Shown here: in pieces, positions 54,160 through 64,000 of the stretch
How the letters are laid out: every line of letters starts with the position of its first letter
Numbering within the stretch: position 1 is the stretch's first letter
NCBI GenBank assembly: GCA_051294375.1
Contig: CM119263.1
Span: forward strand, 30,999,830-31,063,829
Source: Paraspadella gotoi
Taxonomy: Eukaryota; Animalia; Chaetognatha
Direction of reading: 5' to 3'
DNA: 64,000 nt
The notes under the pieces: model-generated
What the model was told of the DNA's origin: nothing
Seen by the model: the letters and a program-made list of their open reading frames with translations, nothing else
Databases searched by the model: none
Program-made: the position numbers and the translations under genes

Positions 54160-55482
54160 TACGGCGGTGGCGGCGGCGACGGCGGCTGATGCCTCTTCTT
54201 TTTCTTCGTGTCAACAAAAAGCCTTCTAGTCATCGGATTATTACATCCGTTTCTTATCAGCTAATTCCGCGCCGCAACAAAGCGCGTTTGTTTCACGCGC
54301 GCAATCCTCGATCGACGATCCCTATATTTCCGTTTTTCCTCTGTCACTGCGTCGCGAGATCCTTAGTTTCTTTTTAGGTCGAGAGATTCCGTGAATTTTT
54401 CTGTGATTCGTCGTGACGGAAGTCACTTTTTTATAATCAAATCATCGACCAGAAGCAGAAAACTGAATTCGTCAGTGAAATTTGGGTTAAACTTAGGTAA
54501 ATTTACGTTCGCGCGCTCAAAAAAAAATGTCATCTTCGAGTTATGGCATTGGCAGCTGAATATTAATCCAATCAGCATTTAGTATTATTTTTTTTAAATT
54601 TTATTCGCTCTGTCAGCCACCGAAATCAATCATTCCGACCATTTTTATTTTCTTGCTTTTTTTTTAATTTGAGAAATTCTGATTTTTAATTAATGATCTT
54701 TCTCCTTTCTTCCCAGTGATTATGAAAATTAGCCATAAACAAAATTGGAATAAAATTAAAGCTTAAAAAGTTATAAACGCACAAATTTTTAATATTTTGA
54801 AATGTAATTCTTATAACTTTTTTTTACCCCAGTAGTTTTAAAAATTACGTATTATGGGACAGGTCATGTTTTTGGGAAGTCATAACCTAATTATATATTT
54901 TTACGATAACCTTATTCTTCGGGCACATACGTATTTATTTGTAAGAAATTGTGGTGGCGGTCTCAGGTAACGATGCCAGTTTGTTCTTTTCGCTTTATCA
55001 ATTACTGGTGAATTAGTTGTGGTCGATTGTGATACAAATGCGTACTTATATAAATCATGAGATAATTTCAATCGGAATAAAAACCTTTTTTTTTTTCTTA
55101 AGATTAAAAATTAAAAGAACTCTCGTCGAGCTCTTCATAAGAGGCGTCGTCTCCACATCGCTAATTTATGTCGCCCTCAAATTTGTGGCCAACAATAACA
55201 TTGACTCTCAAATAAATGTCCTTCGAATTATTTCTTGAACTTTCCCGTCGAGGCTTCTTGTTCCAGAGAACTTTTTTTTCATCATGCTTATCTTGTCAAA
55301 AGTTTATTATTATTTACAAGATTCATTAAATGATAATTATAATAATAATAACACAGTTATTAATAGAAATGCTTGTAATGTGAAAATTGAATGAGAACGA
55401 GACTCAAATTAATCCAAAGACGAGTGAAGTTTTCCTCGTCAGCCTCCATTTCCCTCAGGGTTTCGTCGGATCACATTTAACG

Positions 55483-58379
55483 ATGGCCGACTTGAAAAGG
55501 ATTATTCAGAGGTACTTCTTATATTAAAAGAAGGATAAGTACCACGCGTGATAGTATTCGTTAAAAAACATTTTTTGTTCAAGTTTGTTCCATCACATGT
55601 TCTCCGTTCGAGAATGGTTCGTCCTCCACTTGATCCTCGTCTATGTCTTCATCGTCTCCGGAATCATCATCAACGTCGTGCAATTGTTGACTCTGTTGAC
55701 CCTTCGACCGCTCAGTCTATCCCTCTACCGAAAAGCCAATATTTGCCTCTCTTGGTTCCACTGGAGTCGTAAGTATTATTCGATATGAAATGAGTTATTT
55801 AATCTAATTTGCATACTGCAGCATTTAAAATGAATTTGAATAATTTTCATGTTAATGTTTATGTCAATTCAAATCGTAGTTTCGGTTATCTATGTGACCA
55901 TCTTCAATTCGTATCCCTGCCAAGATATAGTCGGAACAGGATGATAATTCGTGCAATGAGATTTTAATTGCTTTTCAGAGTTGACGTTTCTGGCCGAGTG
56001 GTGGTCAGGATCCGAATGTCAGCTCGTGCTGGAAGAGGGCGAGGATCCCTCCTTCATTGGGAAGGAACACGCCATCGTCATCATGAACCACAAATACGAC
56101 ATCGATTGGCTCATGGGTTGGATCATGGCCGAGCGTCATGCCGTGCTAGGGGTACTGTTGGTCACAATGCTTTTTTAAACCGGAGATGTCTCTTGTCCGG
56201 ACTGGATTTTTACATGGTTTTTTTTTCTACAGAGTTCCAAAGTTTACGCGAAAAACTCTTTGAAATTCGTTCCTCTGGTTGGAACGACCTGGTGGTTCAC
56301 CGAATCCATTTTCCTCAAACGAAATTACGATTCGGACAAACGAACGATGGAGCGAAGTCACACCGCCCTTCAGGTTGAAAGACGAAAGATGAACTCATCC
56401 TCTTCATATCTCCTTCATAATCGAATCCCCATCTTTCCCTTTACAGTCCTACCCATCGCCCTTTTGGATTCTGCTCTTCTGCGAAGGGACTCGATTCACG
56501 GAGACCAAGCACCGGCTCAGCATGGAGGTGGCGCGGAAGAAGGGCATCCCCGAACTCAAGCATCACCTCCTCCCGCGGCCCAAGGGCTTCTCCATGGCCG
56601 TCAACGGGTTTAAGAATAAAAGTGAGGAGTTGGCCGCCTGGTAGAAAAAATGGGTTTTCAATGGCGTTCATGAATATTATTTTACAGTTAAATATATTTA
56701 CGACGTCACCATTTGCGTGCCGAACGGCGGAACACCGCCCACCTTGAAGAACGTGTTGTACGGGCGACCGTGCTACGGAGAAATGCTGGTCAGACGGATT
56801 CCGTTGTCCGAAGTGCCCACTGACTCGGAGGAAGCCACTAGTCAGTGGCTGCACCAACTTTATCGAGAGAAGGTAAAAGACAGATGATTTAGGGATTAGT
56901 AAGTAGATTTTAGTGCAATTTAAAAAAAGTCATCTTATTTAAAATTCTCGAGATTCGCGAGATTCTGCTTCCAACATAAGTAATTTTAAGTTCTTTAAAC
57001 TTGCATATTGCAATGTTCGCAAAGACTTTGTAGTATATCGTTGACGTTTAGTCAAATAACGAGGGTAAATAATAAGTAGTAAAGTATTTGGTCGACAATA
57101 GTTTTATTAATGACGGACAATGATTAGGGTGATGACATAGGTAACGATGACACGATGACAAAGGTTAAGACAAAGGTGATGACAATATAAACAATTTAAT
57201 GATTATTTGAAGAAGAGTTCTTTCTTGAGTTTGGATGTTGGGAAGAATGCCTAGAGTTCTCTTAGCAATTTTGACCATCAATCCCTCCGTCGGTTCTTCT
57301 TTCGGTCATTGGTCAATCTAAGGTTGAAGTAAGATCTGTGATTCGTCGGCATTCTGATGATTCGTGAAAGACGAACACAATCACATCACTAGGCCAATTA
57401 AGTCCGTCTATAGGTCTATTTCGTTGAAGATATAGAGTAGTAATTAACGAATTTTAAATCCTTTAAAAAATTTTTTTAGCCTAACAGTATAGTAAATTCA
57501 ATTATTTATATAGTAATATCCTTATAAAATCATTAAATTTCAAAATAACGAATTTGAGCCAAAACATGTACGTCTATATCTAAATAAATTGTTGTTGCAA
57601 AAATATTCACACTTTTCCTTTAAAGAATATTACTAAAATTATATTATATTTTACTTTTCTGTTCCAGAAACAATATGAACAAAATATTTTTTGTACTAGT
57701 TAATCATACTATCTTACATTTAAATATCCTTGTTTGATCATTCAAATAATTTTTTTGTTCTTGAGTGCTCCACTCTAAAATAGAGTTCAGTCTGAAAAAA
57801 AATAAATTCCAGGGTTGTTCCGGTAGTAAAATTTATAATAGACGCTATGTAGGTTCATTAACCTAGTATGTTGATTATTGAATTAAAAATGAAAGTCAAT
57901 CCATTTGGCTATAATTTGATTTTTCTTCATCCTGATTCCCTTTTCCCCAATTCCCCGTCGTAAGGACAAACGGTTCGACGACTTCGTCAACCGCGGATCC
58001 TTCGTCGTCGAGGATCCCGATTCGGGCGACTCGAAATCGTCGTCAAACCAGCGACGTCTCCGTCGAAGTCCAACGCGTCGTCGCGTCCAACCTTTGCTTA
58101 ATTTCCTCTTTTGGGTTTTCCTCACCGTCCCGCCCATCGTTTATTACCTCGCGTCTCTGATTGCCAGTGGCAACCCGTTTGTCTTGGCCGGCGTGCTTTG
58201 CTGCGTCACTTTGCGTGAGTTTCGATTGGAACTGGAATGGAATTCAATTCATTCAATTAATAACATCTCTTTTTCTAGTTTACATCGGACGACGACTGCT
58301 GCTAGGAATCACTCAAATCGAGAAGGGCTCCTCTTTTGGTCTCAAGGGAAACAACAACGTCTCCAAAAAAGACTCGTGA
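55483..58379 (+). CDS. AGPAT3: 1-acyl-sn-glycerol-3-phosphate acyltransferase, AGPAT3/AGPAT4 type, 8 exons
   Basis: NHKYDIDW (NHxxxxD motif), IFLKR, FCEGTRF, HHLLPRPKGF, and a C-terminal KKDS ER-retrieval signal. AGPAT3 and AGPAT4 cannot be distinguished. Confidence 0.92.
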
Positions 58380-59276
58380 TCGAAATCCGGTGAAGCTTCC
58401 CCAAACCAGCTCGTGCATTCCTACTTAAATTCAAGCGTCTTAAAAGTTTGACTGATTTGTTCTTGGATCGTGGACGAGTACAAGACTTTTTCATCTACAG
58501 TTCTACACCCCCACTTTTATTTTCCGAATTCAGACGTGATTTATTTTTAGTGACTTAATCATTATTTGTATTTCGTCACAAACTGAAAACTTTACTTTTT
58601 GCACGACGCTCGTATCCCTCGAACTCAATCATGTGGTTTAAAAATACAAAATCATGATAATTAAAACCAAATTAAATACATGCCAAATGATATAGTTATA
58701 AATTATCGATGAGGCTGACGTGTGTTTTGGGGTTGTCAGAACCTTTAATTCTTGGAGTTTGTTTATGATGAAGATGTTCAGAGATTTTTAAAACCAATGA
58801 TTCAAAGAGACTCACTTTAGTTCAATTTCCGATTTATTAAATCGGTGTTGCGGTGGCTAACTATGGCCTTTTGTTATTTCCTGCGAAATCAGTGTAGTAA
58901 TTTAATTTTATTTGAAATTCGTTTGTAAACTCCCCCATCGGCAGAAATGCTCGCTTAATAAACTAACTTCATGGGTGTATAATATATATTTTCATAAATT
59001 TTTATTTAATGTCCCAAAACGTGATTTTTGTTCTCAGATTTTTCTACCTCGTTATCTTTTCTTCGCCGTGAGACTGTGAAACGATTGAAGGATAATAAGT
59101 GAGACAATGACGTCATTGAAAAAGTGGAAAGTTTGAAATCGGCAAAGAATTAGCTTAACTTTACTCGATTCTCCCTAATTTCTTCCACAAGTCTATTTTG
59201 TGTAAATTGTAAATCTTTTAGGTTTCAAATTTTATCGCCATTTTTGTCGTTCCTTTCTTTGATTCGTCTTGTCTTT

Positions 59277-59315
<39 letters not shown>

Positions 59316-59354
59316 TCTTTAATTTCCTATTTGTTTTCATCACTTCCCGTGCAG

Positions 59355-62162
59355 ATGGCTAACAATTATGTTGTGACGGCTCACAAACCGACGGCGGTGA
59401 ACGCCTGTGCTACAGGTTAAAATATCCGATCGATGCATTCGTAGTATTAAGTATTAATTAATAATTATAAATGATTTCATCTTTAATCCGGTTTTGCAGG
59501 CAACTTCACCGCCTCGGACGATCTCAATCTTCTCATCGCCAAAAATACACGATTGGAGATTTACAGCGTGACTCCCGAAGGACTGAGGCCTTTGAAGGAA
59601 ATCAGCATTTATGGACGGATCGCGGTGCTGCAGCTTTTTCGGCCACCAGGTTCGTTCTTCTCTTTGTTCTTTTCTCTTTTTTTCTTTGTTTTTTTCTCTC
59701 GTTTCTTTTTTTCTTTTTATCTTTGTTTGCTTCTACTGGGATTCTTCTCACTCCTCAGGCGAGAACAAGGACCTCCTCTTCCTCCTCACCGCCCGATACA
59801 ACGCGATGATCCTCGAGTGCGTCTCCACCGTCGCCGACGCCGCTGCTGACGCCGGACTGGAGATCATCACTCGCGCCCACGGAAACGTACAGGATCGAAT
59901 CGGGCGCCCGGCGGAGACGGGCATCATCGGGATAGTGGATCCTTCGTGTCGGGTCATCGGACTCCGGTTGTACAATGGACTGTTTAAAGTGAGGAGTGTT
60001 GGTAGAGATTAAATGTTTTATAAAAAAAATTATATTTAATCTTAAATTGTTATTTTCCATTGAGGTGATTCCCTTGGATCGAGAGAATCGTGAACTGAAA
60101 GCCTTCAATGTCCGAATGGAGGAACTCAACATCATCGACATTTCCTTCTTGTATCCAAACTCCTCTTCCTCATCCTCCTCCGTCGCGTCGTCGTCGTCGG
60201 CGTCACCGCCTGGCACCACCGTCGCCGCATCAGCCGCCGCCGAAGCAGCCGATCCCCCAACCCTCATTCTCGTTCACCAAGATCAGCACGGGAGACACGT
60301 GAAGACTTACGAGATCGCCCTGCGTGAAAAAGAGCTCAACAAGGGACCTTGGAAACAGGTATTGCCTTTCGTTTAGACCGCGCCGTCTCATATTATTGTG
60401 ACTCTATGTGACGCTCGGTCTGTCCGTCTCTCTCAACAGGACAACGTGGAAACGGAGGCGACGATGGTGATCCCAGTTCCGTCACCGCTAGGCGGCGCCC
60501 TCATAATCGGCCAAGAGTCCATCACCTATCATCGCGGCGACACCTTTCTCGCCATCGCTCCGCCTTCCATCAAAGCCGCCGTGCTGGAGAGCCACGCCCG
60601 CATCGACGCCTTCCGCTATTTGCTCGGAGACATGGCGGGGAGGCTCTTCATGCTGTTGCTGGAGAAGGAGGAAAAGATGGACGGAGAGATCGGCGTCAGG
60701 GATCTCAAGGTTAAAATTAGGAGATGTTGAGCAATGTGGATTTGATTGGAGAGACTTTTGCCATGATTTTACAATATAGTGTACACTAGGGTGAAGTGAA
60801 AGTTTGGAAACAAAATTTAGCAAATGTTTTTTTTTAAATTCTGAGAACAGATTCAGATTCCTTGTTAAAAGTTGATAAAAGAAAATATAAATCTTTTTCA
60901 AAAATTATGTCATTAAGTAGGTTAAAATTATAAAAAACTATATTTTTAATATTGAAATTGAAAATCGGTATTTTAAATACATTTTTTTTAATTTTTAACC
61001 AACTTAATGAAAGAATTTTTAAAAAAGAATTATACTTTCTTATATTAACTTTTTGCAAGGAATCCAAATCCGATTTTAAAATTTAAAAATTTGCATTTTG
61101 AAATTTTAGCTTATAATATACTTATTACCATATATAAATATAGCTCACTGGTAGCCACTAATGTATAAAATTAAAAAATAAATTTACCTTGGGTAACCGC
61201 GCCAGTGACTGGAGGTGTCACTGAGGGTCATCACAGGCTATCTTCATTTCTCATCCAGGTTGAGCTTTTGGGCGAAATCTCTATCCCCGAGTGTCTCACT
61301 TATTTGGACAATGGAGTCGTTTACGTTGGATCTCGTTTGGGAGATTCGCAATTGGCCAAGTTGAACGTTGAGGCGGATCCAGACACCGGAAGCAACGTCC
61401 AGGTTATGGAGACCTTCACCAATTTGGGGCCGATCGTCGATATGTGCGTCGTCGATTTGGAGCGACAGGGTCAGGGTCAACTTGTCACCTGCAGCGGTAA
61501 TGTTTTTTTTTTTTTTTTTGTTGAGAAATCCTTTTTGTCAATTCTTATTTCTTTTTCTTCCTTTCATATTCTCCAGGTTGTTACAAAGAAGGGTCCCTTC
61601 GCATCATTCGCAACGGAATCGGAATCCACGAGAACGCCACCATCGACCTTTCTGGCATTAAAGGCGTCTGGCCTCTGCGGGTCGGAGCAATCGATGCCAC
61701 CGGGGATTCCGCTCCCAAGGTTGGGTGGGTTCTGGGGAGATTTGATGACCCCTTTTTTTTCCAACGGGAACTCTTGTCGATGGAAACCATTTTTCCTCAG
61801 GACGACACTCTGGTTTTGTCATTCGTTGGTCAAACGAGAATTCTCGCTCTGACGGGAGACGAAGTGGAAGAGATGGAACTGGATGGAATCGACGGAGACC
61901 AACAGAGTTTCTTCGTTGGAAACGTCGCCAATACAAATCAGGCAAGGAGTTAATAGGAGGCAAATTAGGGATGATGGTTGGGAGGAATGGAGATTCATTT
62001 TCTCTCTCTCTCTCTCAGATCGTGCAAATCACGGCCTCAGGCATTCGATTGGTCAAGTGTCGCGTCGAAGGCCAAAGCGAATCGAAGGCGGGACTGGCGG
62101 CTGAATGGAAACCTGGCGGCGGAAACAAGAACATCTCCGTCGCCACTTTTCACGGATCGCAG
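59355..62162 (+). CDS. DDB1: DNA damage-binding protein 1, 5' half only (to about residue 520 of the human protein)
   Basis: [15 protein letters not shown]; [10 protein letters not shown]; [19 protein letters not shown]; [12 protein letters not shown]; [18 protein letters not shown]; NLGPIVDM; [14 protein letters not shown]. The last exon seen ends cag|gtagtg. Confidence 0.96.
60835..61100. mobile_element. Second copy of the palindromic MITE-like family, in a DDB1 intron
   Basis: aaaagttgataaaagaaaatataaatc...attaagtaggttaaaatta matches 37816-37900, and the inverted arm is present. Confidence 0.7.
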
Positions 62163-62905
62163 GTAGTGATGATAGTGAGTGTGATTGATGATATTGAGTA
62201 TGATAGTTGCTAATGATTGTGATTGATAAGGATTCTAATTGATAATTATGAGGATAATAAATGATATTGATTTTGATGATGATTATGATTGATGATTACC
62301 ACCATTGACGATTGATTAGTAATGATTGATGATTATGAATGATGATCGTGATTAATGATTCTATCATGTTGTTCTTCCCCACCAACAAAGTGAGCATCTG
62401 CTCTGCAAACGCGACATCTCCCGAGAGAAAAACGAAGAGGAAACCTCCTCTTCCCCGCCTTCTCTTCCCCCTCCCGTACGCTACCTCAGTACGCCGACAC
62501 GAGACAGAATCACTTCTTCTGTTCGCGCTTTTGCGCTCAGTCTCCCGGTTTTTTTTTACGAAAATATTTTTTTTGATTATTTTTGTTGAATAATTTTGCA
62601 TATTTTTCGTTTCTTTTTTTGGAGTTCAGAATACAGATATTCTTCAACACGTGGCTTTTTGAAGTTTTTCTCTTCACGGCCGCCATCTTTTTCGTCTTCG
62701 TTGTGCGTGGCTTCGGAGGGAAGAGCCTTGACTCGGCCCCAGAGATGTGGACGCGATCCGGTAAGCGTAAGCGAACACTGTGGAAGCGGCCGATTTTTGA
62801 AGNNNNNNNNNNNNNNNNNNNNNNNNNNNNNNNNNNNNNNNNNNNNNNNNNNNNNNNNNNNNNNNNNNNNNNNNNNNNNNNNNNNNNNNNNNNNNNNNNN
62901 NNTCA

Positions 62906-64000
62906 TTAGGCCTGGAATTTGGTTTGCTTGACGTCTGAGCGTCGGAATGATTGAAGGTGACGCGGGAGGAGGGGGTGGAACGATTGGCGTGGGAGCAGGG
63001 GGGTGTGAATCGAGGCGTGGGCGACCACGGCGCGGCGCGGAGGAGGCGAGTGGAGGCGGGAAGAGTGGGCGTCAGAGAATTTGGGCTGGCTTTCAGCCGA
63101 TCGACAGGAGTCAGTCTCAATGCTCGTTCCAGTGGAATTTTGAGTTTGAAAGTTTTTTTTCGGCTGGTCGTTCCACGAGTAACTTGTATGGGCCCCGGTC
63201 TTCGTGGAGGGGGCTGAAAGGCGTGTCAAATGGCCGTTCGGCGGCCAGAATGTTATGACGCGAGTTGTGCGTCTGGCTAGTGGTTTCAGTTGGACCTGTG
63301 GAGGCGGGACTGTGTGCAACCGTGGGTATGGTGGTGATGAGGGCGACGTCCGCGCGCAGCTCTTCGCGGATACGCGCGCGGGCGTCAGCATCGGCGTCGG
63401 CCGTTGGGACCGGAAGTAGTTGTCCGGGAAGCGTCAATGTTTCTCCCAGCGCCAACTCGGCCGGAGAGATGTCGGAGTCGTCTCTGGGAGTAGCGCGGAG
63501 GCTGAGTAGGGTCCAGGGAAGTTGCTGCAACCAGTTATTGCCAGCGGCATCGCAGCGCGCACGGAGCGCCGCCTTGAGAGTGCGATGGAGTCTCTCTACC
63601 ATNNNNNNNNNNNNNNNNNNNNNNNNNNNNNNNNNNNNNNNNNNNNNNNNNNNNNNNNNNNNNNNNNNNNNNNNNNNNNNNNNNNNNNNNNNNNNNNNNN
63701 NNNNNNNNNNNNNNNNNNNNNCCGGGTCAAAACCGACTACCGCCGCTACTTGGCGCCAAAGTTCAGACGTGAATTGTGCGCCTCTGTCGGTGGTTACAAT
63801 GGCGGGCACGCCAAATCGCGAGACCCAGTAGAGAAGGAAGGCGTTTGCGATTGAGGCGGCAGATGTGTCGCGCAATGGCGCCACTTCCGGCCAGCGCGTG
63901 AAGCGGTCAATGATTGTGAGAAGGTGGGTATGGCCCGCAGAAGGAGGGAGAGGACCAACGAGGTCGACGTGGATGTGGGCGAATCTTTTTGATGGCGGTT
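62906..64000 (-). mobile_element. Ty3/Gypsy LTR retrotransposon pol (integrase), degenerate, running off the window edge
   Basis: RFAHIHVDLVGPLP...IIDRFTRWPE...RFGVPAIVTTDRGAQFTS...MVERLHRTLKAAL (DDE). Degenerate GPY and VDRLK motifs lie in shifted frames. Contains an N gap. Confidence 0.93.

Noticed and set aside
62577-63854. ORFs spanning N runs
   Set aside because: They are open only because of assembly gaps. Only the integrase frame has recognisable motifs.

Overview
Eukaryotic (bilaterian invertebrate) genomic DNA with short, dense introns, (AG)n/(CT)n microsatellites and CpG-rich exons. The first ~19 kb is mostly low-complexity DNA, minisatellites, small non-autonomous elements and two Pro/Ser-rich orphan gene models. 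From 19 to 62 kb lie nine recognisable intron-containing genes in two divergent, strictly head-to-tail blocks: TEX261, hyccin/FAM126, RBM42 and COQ2 on the minus strand, then OXA1L, a MATH-BTB gene, DOP1/Dopey, AGPAT3/4 and the 5' half of DDB1 on the plus strand. A degenerate Ty3/Gypsy integrase and two assembly gaps end the window. The most interesting signal is operon-like. Several intergenic gaps are very short (195 bp between COQ2 and RBM42). In several junctions a poly(A) hexamer is followed about 50-77 nt later by an apparently unpaired 3' splice acceptor (52 and 53 nt at two consecutive junctions), as expected for polycistronic transcription resolved by spliced-leader trans-splicing. 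This is an inference that needs transcript data. Other notable features are frame-preserving microexon candidates, many AAG/GAG acceptors, and elements carrying an over-long tRNA-Leu+CCA copy. All exon structures were assembled by eye, and homology calls rest on remembered family motifs, not database searches.
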